Source: Candidatus Ozemobacteraceae bacterium
GTDB taxonomy: Bacteria > Muiribacteriota > Ozemobacteria > Ozemobacterales > Ozemobacteraceae
Assembly (NCBI GenBank): GCA_965140445.1
Contig: OZ223236.1
Span: 704,001-768,000, forward strand
Reading direction: 5' to 3'
DNA length: 64,000 nt
Positions 28,312 to 37,079 of the stretch are shown piece by piece. Every line of letters begins with the position of its first letter. Position 1 is the first letter of the stretch. The notes below the pieces were generated by a model. That model was given only the letters and a program-made list of their open reading frames with translations. It did no database searches and had not been told where the DNA came from. The translations under genes were made by a program, and so were the position numbers.

Positions 28312-29354
28312 TGGGAAAAGTCATTAGAGTACTTGTTGTTGACGATTCCGCGCTGATAAGAACTATTTTGTCTCGCGGATTGAATGCAGATAGCAATATT
28401 GAGGTTGTTGGTACGGCAGCTGATCCATATATTGCTCGTGATAAAATTGTTGAATTAAAGCCAGATGTAATGACTCTTGATGTGGAAATGCCGAGAATGG
28501 ATGGCTTGGAGTTTCTACGAAAACTGATGGTTCAGTATCCTATTCCAGTGGTTATGGTTAGTGCTCTCACAGAACGTGGGAAAAGAATTACTATAGAAGC
28601 TCTTGAAGCAGGTGCTGTTGATTTTGTAACCAAGCCTAAAGCTGATGTTCAGCGTGGATTAGAAGACATGATGCGAGAGTTGCAGACAAAAGTTAAACTT
28701 GCATCTACTGCTAATGTTTCCCATTGGAAAACCAAAAAGGTTCCCAGATCCAAGATTGTTCCATCTTCAAAAGCGCTGGCAGAAACGACAGATAAAATAA
28801 TTGTTATAGGCGCATCTGCAGGTGGAACTGAAGCAATAAAAGAAGTGATCACTCTTTTTCCGATTAACTCCCCAGGTGTGGTTATTGTTCAGCATATGCC
28901 AGCGGGATTCACTCAAATGTTTGCAGAAAGATTAAATTCTCTTTGTGATATGACTGTTAAAGAGGCTGCCGATGGTGATAGAATTATGCCAGGACAAATT
29001 CTTCTTGCTCCAGGTGGCAATCATATGCAAGTTGTTCGTTCTGGTGGTGTTTACAGAGTTAAAGTGGGCCCGGGAGAAAATGTTTGTGGCCATTGCCCTT
29101 CTGTTGAGGTTCTTATGAAATCAGCTGCTGAAGCAGCAGGATCAAATGCTGTTGGAGTCATGCTTACAGGCATGGGAAGTGATGGAGCAGGTGGAATGAA
29201 GGCGATGCATGACGCTGGAGCCCCTACGATAGCTCAAAATGAAGAAACCTGTGTGGTTTTTGGTATGCCAAAAATGGCAATTAAAGCGGGCGGCGTTGAT
29301 TTTGTTATGCCGCTGGGTGACATAGCCCAAAAAGTTTTTACATTACTATCTTAA
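28308..29354 (+). CDS. cheB: CheB methylesterase
   Basis: REC plus GASAGG, VQHMP, HCPSV, LTGMGSDG. Confidence 0.95.
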   Translation: MMGKVIRVLVVDDSALIRTILSRGLNADSNIEVVGTAADPYIARDKIVELKPDVMTLDVEMPRMDGLEFLRKLMVQYPIPVVMVSALTERGKRITIEALEAGAVDFVTKPKADVQRGLEDMMRELQTKVKLASTANVSHWKTKKVPRSKIVPSSKALAETTDKIIVIGASAGGTEAIKEVITLFPINSPGVVIVQHMPAGFTQMFAERLNSLCDMTVKEAADGDRIMPGQILLAPGGNHMQVVRSGGVYRVKVGPGENVCGHCPSVEVLMKSAAEAAGSNAVGVMLTGMGSDGAGGMKAMHDAGAPTIAQNEETCVVFGMPKMAIKAGGVDFVMPLGDIAQKVFTLLS

Positions 29355-29379
29355 AATCTGGAAAGTGAGAAACCGGAAA

Positions 29380-29742
29380 ATGAGAAAAATTTTGATTGTT
29401 GATGATGATAGGGCAACCAGGCTTGCAATAAAAAAGATGGTTGAAGTTATAGGTTTTGATGTTTTGCAGTCACCAGACGGTGAACATGCATTAGAGACAT
29501 TAAAAACTGAAGACAATATAGCCCTGGTTATCGCTGATATGGTAATGCCTAAAAGAGACGGGCGTTGGCTGATTAAAAGCATGCAGGAAGATGAAATATT
29601 GAAAAACATGCCCGTAATCATCATTTCTTCCGTCTTTGGGGTAAAGGATATAGCTGATTTGTTGGAATCTGGGGCTCGCGCTTTTGTCGCAAAACCTGCA
29701 AATCCCGATGAAATACATGAATATGTAACCAGGTATGCATAA
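29380..29742 (+). CDS. Single-domain response regulator
   Basis: IVDDD, IADMVMP, AKP; the ORF track starts at GTG 29365. Confidence 0.88.
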   Translation: MRKILIVDDDRATRLAIKKMVEVIGFDVLQSPDGEHALETLKTEDNIALVIADMVMPKRDGRWLIKSMQEDEILKNMPVIIISSVFGVKDIADLLESGARAFVAKPANPDEIHEYVTRYA

Positions 29743-29767
29743 ATTCGATTTAAAATAACTGCAGCCT

Positions 29768-29796
29768 TTGACGATTGGTTTTAAAAGTTGTATCAT
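29768..29796 (+). promoter_or_regulatory. Sigma-70-type promoter for the last cheY
   Basis: TTGACG-N17-TATCAT. Confidence 0.6.
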
Positions 29797-29851
29797 GAAA
29801 ATTCGGTTTATACTGCCGAGCGTGAATTATTGGAAGTGAGGTTAGGATACC

Positions 29852-30217
29852 GTGGCAAAAAGAGTACTAATTGTAGATGATGCGTCAATTATGCGTTTAA
29901 TGCTTAAGCATCTTTTTGAAAATAATGGATATGAAATTGCAGCTGAAGCCGAAAATGGTATTCAGGCGGTACAGATGTACCAGACCCACAAGCCCGACAT
30001 TGTTACAATGGATATAACAATGCCGGATATGGATGGAATTACAGCAGTTAAGAAGATTCTTGCAATTGACCCGGATGCTAAGATTGTAATGTGTTCAGCA
30101 ATGGGACAGATTGATAAGGTTAAGGCAGCTGTTTTGGCAGGAGCCAAAAGCTTTCTTGTTAAACCGCTCCAACCAGACAGAGTTTTGGGAACGGTTAAGC
30201 AGGTCCTTGGCGAATAA
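29852..30217 (+). CDS. cheY: CheY (Bacillus/Thermotoga-like)
   Basis: VLIVDDA..MR, KPDIVTMDITMPDMDGI, MCSAMGQ, AGAKSFLVKP. Confidence 0.9.
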   Translation: MAKRVLIVDDASIMRLMLKHLFENNGYEIAAEAENGIQAVQMYQTHKPDIVTMDITMPDMDGITAVKKILAIDPDAKIVMCSAMGQIDKVKAAVLAGAKSFLVKPLQPDRVLGTVKQVLGE

Positions 30218-30228
30218 TTAGTAAACCT

Positions 30229-30282
30229 AAAAAACAAAAGCCCCCGAGTAATGAAATATTACATGGGGGCTTTTGTTTTTTT
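30229..30282. terminator. Bidirectional terminator
   Basis: AAAAACAAAAGCCCCC...GGGGGCTTTTGTTTTT. Confidence 0.88.
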
Positions 30283-30288
30283 AGTTTT

Positions 30289-30597
30289 TTAAGATTTTGC
30301 TTTCGGAAGCTCGATTTTTGATGGTTTATTGCTAAATGGTTTAAATAGAATAATCACTCTACCGATCATTCTGACTAAAGATGCATTTGTTCCTTTTATA
30401 AGAACATCCAGAATTTCTTCTTTTTCTACGGCACAGGATTCAAGAATCTTTATTTTTACCAGTTCGTGCGAATCCAGGGCTTCTGAGACGCCCTTTACTA
30501 TTTTGGAATCCAGACCATTTTTTCCTATTCTGATGACCGGGTCTAATTTATTTGCTAAAGCTTCAAGGTGTTTTCTTTGGTTTGAACTAAGTTTCAA
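30289..30597 (-). CDS. yhbY: YhbY/CRM RNA-binding ribosome-assembly protein
   Basis: LSSNQRKHL..LA..LDPV..IGKNG, ALDSHELVKIK, IGRVIILF; TTG start with AGGAG. Confidence 0.92.
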   Translation of the reverse strand: MKLSSNQRKHLEALANKLDPVIRIGKNGLDSKIVKGVSEALDSHELVKIKILESCAVEKEEILDVLIKGTNASLVRMIGRVIILFKPFSNKPSKIELPKAKS

Positions 30598-30668
30598 GCT
30601 TATTTCTCCTGTTGTTGTTTTTCAAAGGAATCATATCTCAGAGTGTCAATCAATACAAGTCGGAGAGA

Positions 30669-31256
30669 TTATAATTTTCCTACTATTTCAAGTATTTCAT
30701 CTGGTGAGTTGACCTGAAAAGCATTGATGCCAACCTTTTTTGCAGCTTCAATATTTTCTATACTGTCGTCAAAAAAGAAAATCTGCTGGGCTTTTACATT
30801 AAGCTTTTCAATGACTTTGTTGTAGATTTCTAAATCTGGTTTCATTGCTTTAAGTTCATATGAAAAGAAAATATGCTCAAATTTGTTCAAAATTTGTGAA
30901 TAGGTTTTCAGGTGGTCTATGTGAGCTTTATTGGTATTTGAAAGTAGAGCAAGAGTCCCAAAGCTTTTTAGTTTATCTAAAATTTGTGGACAATTGTCTT
31001 TTTCTGGCCCGAGAATGTTTAGGAAGTCTTCTTTGAGGTCTTTTTCTGAGGTTTTTAAGCCTGTTTCAAGTAATAACTCTTTCAAAAACGTTTCAAGATT
31101 GATTTGGCCGCATTCAAAACTGTTTGCGCTTTTGAGAGCTCCCCATTTTTTCTTTAGTAATGATGGATTGTTTTCCGGGAAAAAGATCTTTTTTGCTTTT
31201 TCAAGCCAGTTTAAATTGATTAAAACCCCACCGAGGTCGCAAAGAATTACTTTCAT
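30669..31256 (-). CDS. HAD family phosphatase (YihX-like)
   Basis: CDLGGVL, LLSNTN, KPD..IY, FFDDS..NI..A...GI. Confidence 0.88.
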   Translation of the reverse strand: MKVILCDLGGVLINLNWLEKAKKIFFPENNPSLLKKKWGALKSANSFECGQINLETFLKELLLETGLKTSEKDLKEDFLNILGPEKDNCPQILDKLKSFGTLALLSNTNKAHIDHLKTYSQILNKFEHIFFSYELKAMKPDLEIYNKVIEKLNVKAQQIFFFDDSIENIEAAKKVGINAFQVNSPDEILEIVGKL

Positions 31257-31561
31257 TTTCTAATTTCCTGGCACTCCACATTATCTTCTTTTATGATTTG
31301 TGCATCTTCAAACTTTTCGTTTCTATGTTCAATTTTATGCTTTTCCATTTCCTTAAATGCCATCCAAATAAGGGTGGGGACAATTATTAAATCGTCAAGA
31401 TACCCAATTACAGGTATGAAATCAGGTATCAAGTCTATTGGAGAGAGAAAATACAGCAAAGCAGCCAGAAGAAGGAGTCTTACTTTTAATGGAGTTTCAT
31501 TGCTGAATGCCATATCCAGAAATTGTTTGGCTTCGTTGATAAATTGGTCTAAAGTTTTCAT
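31253..31561 (-). CDS. DUF1232/YkvA membrane protein
   Basis: [23 protein letters not shown]; the 31594 start overlaps the divergent gene, so ATG 31561 preferred. Confidence 0.85.
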   Translation of the reverse strand: MKTLDQFINEAKQFLDMAFSNETPLKVRLLLLAALLYFLSPIDLIPDFIPVIGYLDDLIIVPTLIWMAFKEMEKHKIEHRNEKFEDAQIIKEDNVECQEIRK

Positions 31562-31588
31562 AGAAGAATTATTACAGAGGTAACAAAA

Positions 31589-31912
31589 ATGCACAAGCTT
31601 GAAAAAGAGGTTTTCGTTTCTCAGTTAGAAGATTTTGTTGAAACCAGGCAGAAGTATGAAGAGTTGGCAATCGAAATGGGTTATCAACTTTTTGAACAGA
31701 TTGTTCCAGAAGATTGTAAGGTCTGTATTGATGCTTGCTTTAATGATTTGGTAAAAGACGACCAGGCTATCTTGTTAAAAGGACTTCATGAATTTCAAAA
31801 AGAGCACTTTTTGCCTGAAACTCCAAAAGAACACGGGCCTGAGGTTAGAGTTGTTGATTTGTTTGTAATGGCGGTGAAGGATTTTGCCTATTACAAATGG
31901 ATTGATGAATGA
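31589..31912 (+). CDS. Hypothetical acidic protein
   Basis: 107-aa ORF with GAGG SD, followed by a terminator; contains CxxC...C. Confidence 0.6.
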   Translation: MHKLEKEVFVSQLEDFVETRQKYEELAIEMGYQLFEQIVPEDCKVCIDACFNDLVKDDQAILLKGLHEFQKEHFLPETPKEHGPEVRVVDLFVMAVKDFAYYKWIDE

Positions 31913-31940
31913 TAATTCCTACCCATGACAGAACTGTTTA

Positions 31941-31977
31941 AATAGAAAAGCCCGCTTATTTGGCGGGCTTTTCTATT
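31941..31977. terminator. Bidirectional terminator
   Basis: AATAGAAAAGCCCGC-N7-GCGGGCTTTTCTATT. Confidence 0.9.
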
Positions 31978-31989
31978 GAGGTTTTGGAT

Positions 31990-33012
31990 TTAAAGGAGCG
32001 TTATGTCTTGTTTTTCACACTCTAGTTCCACTGACTCTGGCCAGACGCTTACTTGAACTTCTCCTATATGCCTTTTTTGCAACAGGAGCATGCAAAGTCT
32101 TGATTGTCCTATTCCTCCACCTATTGAAAATGGCATTTCTCCCCCAAGTAGGCTCTGATGCCATGAAAGCTTGCTTCTATCTGTGCATCCTCTTATTTCT
32201 AACTGCTTGAGAAGGGCTTTTTTATCAACTCTGATTCCCATGGATGAAACCTCAAAAGATGCATCAGTTGCTGGATTATAAACAAGAATGTCACCGTTTA
32301 AGCCTGCAGTTCTTTCAGAAGTCGGGGTTGTCCAGTCGTCATAGTCAGGGGCTCTGCCATCGTGAATTTCACCGTTTCCAAGATAGCCTCCGATTCCTAT
32401 TAAAAATACTGCTCCAAGCTCTTTGCAGATAGCGTCTTCCCTTTCCTTTGGAGTTTTGTCAGGGTATTTTTCCAGTAAATCTTCAGTGTGAATAAAATGA
32501 ATGGTTTCTGGAAGAAAAGGAACTAAATCATATTTGCTGGAGATAAATTTTTCTGAACCAACGAGAGTTGCATAGATTGTAGTAACAGTAGATTTAAGAA
32601 AATCCAGGCAGCGATCCTTTTCATCTATGGCTTTTTCCCAGTCCCATTGGTCTACATAAACAGAATGAATAGAAGTTGAAATGGTAGGTTCATCGGGCCT
32701 TAAAGCATTCATATCCGTATAAAGGCCTTCTCCTTTTGGAATTTTGTATCTGGCTAATGCAAGCCTTTTCCATTTGGCCAAAGAATGAACAATCTGATAT
32801 TCAGCTCCACCTTTGGCCAAAATTTTGAATGAAACTGGTTTTTCGACTCCATTTAAGTCATCCTGAATTCCTGATGAAGCTTCAACAAACATTGGGGCTG
32901 AAACTCTATGAAGACTAAGGCTTTCGGCAAGGTTGTCCTCAAAATGCCTTTTAAGATCCAAAATGGCTTTTTCTGTTTGAAGAAGAGAAAGTTTTGCGGA
33001 AGTTTTTAACAT
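31990..33012 (-). CDS. asnA: Aspartate-ammonia ligase (asparagine synthetase A)
   Basis: RVSAP, DDLNGVE, VHSLAKWKR, YTDMNALRPDE, HSVYVDQWDWE, HDGRAPDYDDW, SIGGGIGQSR. Confidence 0.97.
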   Translation of the reverse strand: MLKTSAKLSLLQTEKAILDLKRHFEDNLAESLSLHRVSAPMFVEASSGIQDDLNGVEKPVSFKILAKGGAEYQIVHSLAKWKRLALARYKIPKGEGLYTDMNALRPDEPTISTSIHSVYVDQWDWEKAIDEKDRCLDFLKSTVTTIYATLVGSEKFISSKYDLVPFLPETIHFIHTEDLLEKYPDKTPKEREDAICKELGAVFLIGIGGYLGNGEIHDGRAPDYDDWTTPTSERTAGLNGDILVYNPATDASFEVSSMGIRVDKKALLKQLEIRGCTDRSKLSWHQSLLGGEMPFSIGGGIGQSRLCMLLLQKRHIGEVQVSVWPESVELECEKQDITLL

Positions 33013-33149
33013 CTGTTACTCCTGAAATGAATGTATTAGTATCTTCGCATAAAAACTACGTAAACATTAATATAAATTCAATGATAAAAGCGTCAAATTA
33101 TTGAATTGTTAAAAAATGAGCTGTAAAATTAGACAAATATCAAAAATAG

Positions 33150-33632
33150 GTGAATAAAATGTCTCCAGATTGCGAAATTGACAATATTGATAGAGAAATA
33201 CTTAAAGAGCTGCGTGAAGATTCCAGAGTTTCATTTCAGGAAATTGCCAGGAAGCTTGGGGTTTCTGGTGGGACAGTGCATGTTCGCGTGAATAAATTGC
33301 GAAAAGCAGGAGTGATTAAGGGATCAAGATTGCTTTTGGATCCTGGACTACTTGGTTTTGATATTTGCGTATTCATTGGCTTGAATTTACACAAAGCCGG
33401 AGATCATATAAGGGTTGTTGAGAAGCTGAAAAAAATGCCTGAAGTGGTTGAAGCTCATTTTACAACTGGCACTTATAGCTTGTTTATTAAGGTTTATGTG
33501 AGCAGTACAGCTGGATTGCATCGATTTCTAGTGGAAAAGCTGCAATCAATTAAAGAAATCCAATCCACAGAAACCCTCGTTTCACTAGATATGCCAATTG
33601 ATCGGGCGCTAGACGTGCAAAAGCGGGACTAG
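33150..33632 (+). CDS. asnC: Lrp/AsnC family regulator, divergent from asnA
   Basis: IDNIDREIL..L..DSR.SF.EIA..LGVSGGTVHVRV; EAHFTTGTYS; IQSTETLVSL. Confidence 0.9.
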   Translation: MNKMSPDCEIDNIDREILKELREDSRVSFQEIARKLGVSGGTVHVRVNKLRKAGVIKGSRLLLDPGLLGFDICVFIGLNLHKAGDHIRVVEKLKKMPEVVEAHFTTGTYSLFIKVYVSSTAGLHRFLVEKLQSIKEIQSTETLVSLDMPIDRALDVQKRD

Positions 33633-33781
33633 ATCTTTATTCATAACCATAACTGAAATTTTAACCCTGGCTGTTTTTGTGCAAATCAAAGATTGGATTT
33701 GCACCATTTTTATATTAAAAATCAATTTTAAGAATCTTCTAAATCCTCTTCTGGATTGCTTTTTGCCGCAAATAAAAAATT

Positions 33782-33799
33782 AAGAGAAATAATTCACAA
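33782..33799. promoter_or_regulatory. Rex-type operator (upstream site)
   Basis: AAGAGAA-ATAA-TTCACAA vs consensus TTGTGAA-N4-TTCACAA; right half perfect. Confidence 0.5.
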
Positions 33800-33805
33800 A
33801 ATGTC

Positions 33806-33834
33806 TTGACGTACAATTCAAATATGACTATATT
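33806..33834 (+). promoter_or_regulatory. Sigma-70-type promoter of the rex-hyd operon
   Basis: TTGACG-N17-TATATT. Confidence 0.7.
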
Positions 33835-33866
33835 TAAATCAAGAAAGATTTATCGATAAAAAATTA

Positions 33867-33884
33867 TTGATAAAAAATTCACAA
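33867..33884. promoter_or_regulatory. Rex-type operator downstream of the promoter
   Basis: TTGATAA-AAAA-TTCACAA. Confidence 0.7.
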
Positions 33885-33985
33885 GCAGAGAATTGGTTTC
33901 CGATAAGCTTTTAGAAACAAAAGTTTAACTTTGAACTTAAGTTTAAAAAACGGATAAAGAGTTTTTAATCAGGAAAAAGGAAATA

Positions 33986-34693
33986 ATGATGAGCAAATCT
34001 CAAAAGAAGGAGACAGAAGTAATGGAAAAGAAAGTTTGGAGCGTTCCAGAGCCTACCCTCAGGCGACTTCCTCTTTACTATCACTACCTTAAAAACCTTC
34101 TTAAAAGAGGGCGAGAAGTTGTTTCCTGCACTCATATCGGCAATGACTTAAACCTTGAACCACCACAAATACGTAAAGATCTGGCATATACAGGAATTCG
34201 CGGTTTGCCAAAAGTTGGCTATCACGTGCCAGTTCTGGTTGAGAGAATTGAAAATTTCTTTGGTTGGAATAATTCATGTGAAGCTTTTCTTGTTGGGGTA
34301 GGTCATCTTGGTCAGGCTTTGTTGGGCTACGAAGGATTTGACCACTATGGTTTCAAAATTGTTGCTGCTTTTGACAGTGACAAGGAAAAGATTGGAAGCA
34401 CAGTTAATGAAATAAAGGTGCTGGATATTGAAAAGTTAACAAACCTCAGCTTGAGAATGAATGTAAAGCTAGGCGTAATCGCGACTCCAATCCAGTTTGC
34501 GCAGGATGTTGCGGATAAGATGATAGAAGGCGGAATTATAGGAATTTGGAACTTTGCACCAACGGCGCTGCAGGTTCCAGAAGGAATCATAGTTCAGAAC
34601 GAAAATATCGCTTCTGGACTGGCCGTACTGTCTAAGAAACTACAATTGCTAATGAAAAATGAACCCTTAAAATCACAGGAGGTTGTCAAATGA
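33986..34693 (+). CDS. rex: Redox-sensing repressor Rex
   Basis: PEPTLRRLPLYY, QIRKDL, G..KVGY, LVGVGHLG.AL..Y, IWNFAP; true start may be ATG 34022 (SD AAGGAG). Confidence 0.95.
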   Translation: MMSKSQKKETEVMEKKVWSVPEPTLRRLPLYYHYLKNLLKRGREVVSCTHIGNDLNLEPPQIRKDLAYTGIRGLPKVGYHVPVLVERIENFFGWNNSCEAFLVGVGHLGQALLGYEGFDHYGFKIVAAFDSDKEKIGSTVNEIKVLDIEKLTNLSLRMNVKLGVIATPIQFAQDVADKMIEGGIIGIWNFAPTALQVPEGIIVQNENIASGLAVLSKKLQLLMKNEPLKSQEVVK

Positions 34694-35190
34694 CAGTGGA
34701 ATCTGGCAGCATGATGAGAAAATTTGAAAAGGTCTGTGAAATTCTTGAACGTTACGAATGTGACGAATCAAAACTTATTCCAATTTTACAGGCAGTCCAG
34801 GAAGAGTATCGATATCTACCTGAAGAAGTTATGACCTATGTGGCTACTTCTTTAAGAATCCCCCCTGCACAAGTGTTTGGCGTTGCCACCTTCTATTCAC
34901 ACTTCGCTCTTTCTCCAAAGGGAAAATACGTTATCAAGATATGTGATGGAACTGCGTGTCATGTTAAAAAGTCTATTCCAATATTGGAAGCACTTATGAA
35001 GAGGTTAAATCTTACTTTTGACAAAATGACCACTGAAGACATGATGTTTACAATTGAAACCGTTTCCTGTCTTGGTGCCTGTGGCCTTGCCCCGGTTTTG
35101 GTTATTAATGAAGAAGTTCATGGACTTATGACTCCAGAGTCCTCTGTGGCTTTAATTGATGAGCTTGTAAGTAAGGAGGAAGCCAAATGA
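34690..35190 (+). CDS. hydC: Bifurcating hydrogenase NuoE-like [2Fe-2S] subunit
   Basis: LIPILQAVQEEYRYLP, GVATFY, CDGTAC, CLGACGLAP. Confidence 0.92.
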   Translation: MTVESGSMMRKFEKVCEILERYECDESKLIPILQAVQEEYRYLPEEVMTYVATSLRIPPAQVFGVATFYSHFALSPKGKYVIKICDGTACHVKKSIPILEALMKRLNLTFDKMTTEDMMFTIETVSCLGACGLAPVLVINEEVHGLMTPESSVALIDELVSKEEAK

Positions 35191-37076
35191 CAAACAGCAA
35201 TATAGACCTTAAAGAAATTAAGAAAATTTACGAAGAAAACGAAATAGAAAGACGCGTTGTTGTTTGCGCTGGCACAGCATGTGTAGCTAACGGAGCCCTT
35301 TCTTTAATAGACGAGCTTGTGAAAAAAATCACTGAAGCAGGAATTAAAGTAAAAGTTGAAGCACACAAGCACGAAGAACATGATCTACGCCTTTCAAAAA
35401 GTGGCTGTCACGGCTTCTGCCAGATGGGACCACTTGTAACAATAATGCCTGAAAACATTCTTTACACCAAAGCTAAAGCTTCAGACGCTGAAGAAATCGT
35501 CAAGGAAACTTTGATTGGTGGCAGAATCGTTGAAAGATTACTTTTTAAAGATCCAAACACTGGTAAAACTGCAAAAGGCAGCGAAGAAATAAATTTTTAC
35601 AATCGGCAGAAAAGAACTGTTTTAAGCGAATGCGGACACATTGATCCTGAAGATATTAATGAATACATTGCTCATGGCGGCTATGAAGGTGCAAGAAGAT
35701 CTTATGTAGATCTTAAAGCTGAGACCGTATGCGAAGAAATGATTGCTTCTGGCCTTAGAGGCCGTGGCGGCGGAGGATTCCCTACTGGAAAAAAATGGGA
35801 CCTCACAAGAGTTCAGCCTGCTGGCAAAAAATATGTTATCTGTAATGCTGATGAGGGTGATCCTGGAGCGTTCATGGATAGAAGTGTTATGGAAGGAAAC
35901 CCACATGCCGTAATCGAAGGTATGATGATTGCTTCCAGAGCTATTGGTGGAAATGAAGGCGTAATATATGTTCGTGCTGAGTATCCGCTGGCAGTTGCGA
36001 GAGTTAAAAAAGCTGTTGCTGAAGCTGAAAAACTGGGACTTCTTGGAGATAACATTTTTGGTTCCGGTTTATCCTTCAAAATTAGTGTAATGGAAGGCGC
36101 GGGCGCTTTTGTTTGCGGCGAAGAAACTGCGCTGATGGCTTCTGTTGAAGGTAAACGCGGGATGCCGATGCCTAAACCTCCATTTCCAGCAGAAAGTGGC
36201 TTGTTTGGTAAGCCAACTGTAATCAACAACGTTGAAACTCTTGCTTGTGTTCCTCTTATCATGAGAAAAGGCGCAGCCTGGTTCAGAGAAAGCGGAACAG
36301 CAGGTTCTCCCGGAACAAAAACATTTGCTCTCACCGGACATGTTGCAAATACAGGTTTGATAGAAGTGCCATTTGGAACTCCTGTAAGAGAAATTATTTT
36401 TAACATCGGCGGCGGAGTAACTGATGATCGCGGCAACCTTATGCCTGACGGATTTAAAGCTGTTCAAATTGGTGGTCCATCAGGTGGATGCTTGATCGAA
36501 GATCATCTTGATTTGCCTCTTGATTTTGACTCTCTAAAAAGCGTTGGCGCAATGGTTGGTTCTGGTGGCCTTGTTGTTATGAATAAGGATACTTGCATGG
36601 TTTCTATTGCTAGATTTTTCATGCAGTTTACTCAGAATGAGTCCTGCGGAAAATGTGTCCTTTGCCGTGAAGGAACCAAACAGATGTTGGTTATGCTGGA
36701 TGACATCATGGAAGGCAACGCAGACGAAACTACCCTTGATAATCTGGAAAGACTTGCAAAAGCAGTTGCCAAAGGTTCTCTTTGTGGCCTGGGTAAAACC
36801 GCTCCAAGTCCTGTGCTTTCAACTTTGAGATACTTCAGAAGCGAGTATGAAGCACATGTTTACCAGAAGCGATGTCCAGCTGGACAGTGTAAAGCACTGG
36901 CTAAACCAGAAATAAATCCTGAGCTTTGTAAAGGTTGCACACTTTGCGCCAGAAAATGCCCTGTTAATGCTATTTCCGGTGAAGTGAAAAAGCCTCATGT
37001 AATTGATGCTGATGCTTGTATCAAGTGTGGTGCCTGCGCAGCTGCCTGTAATTTCAACGCTATTTCGGGGGTGTAA
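35187..37076 (+). CDS. hydB: Bifurcating hydrogenase NuoF-like flavoprotein subunit
   Basis: SGLRGRGGGGFPTG.KW, CNADEGDPGAFMDR, GAGAFVCGEETAL, ESCGKC..CREG; N-terminal 2Fe-2S and C-terminal 2x4Fe-4S. Confidence 0.95.
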   Translation: MTNSNIDLKEIKKIYEENEIERRVVVCAGTACVANGALSLIDELVKKITEAGIKVKVEAHKHEEHDLRLSKSGCHGFCQMGPLVTIMPENILYTKAKASDAEEIVKETLIGGRIVERLLFKDPNTGKTAKGSEEINFYNRQKRTVLSECGHIDPEDINEYIAHGGYEGARRSYVDLKAETVCEEMIASGLRGRGGGGFPTGKKWDLTRVQPAGKKYVICNADEGDPGAFMDRSVMEGNPHAVIEGMMIASRAIGGNEGVIYVRAEYPLAVARVKKAVAEAEKLGLLGDNIFGSGLSFKISVMEGAGAFVCGEETALMASVEGKRGMPMPKPPFPAESGLFGKPTVINNVETLACVPLIMRKGAAWFRESGTAGSPGTKTFALTGHVANTGLIEVPFGTPVREIIFNIGGGVTDDRGNLMPDGFKAVQIGGPSGGCLIEDHLDLPLDFDSLKSVGAMVGSGGLVVMNKDTCMVSIARFFMQFTQNESCGKCVLCREGTKQMLVMLDDIMEGNADETTLDNLERLAKAVAKGSLCGLGKTAPSPVLSTLRYFRSEYEAHVYQKRCPAGQCKALAKPEINPELCKGCTLCARKCPVNAISGEVKKPHVIDADACIKCGACAAACNFNAISGV

Positions 37077-37079
37077 GCA

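Noticed and set aside
33881..33906. Sigma-28-like TCCGATAA upstream of rex
   Set aside because: No correctly spaced -35 element, and a good sigma-70 promoter already explains the region
34690..37076. nuoE/nuoF of respiratory complex I
   Set aside because: Directly coupled to an H-cluster subunit, with no membrane nuo genes
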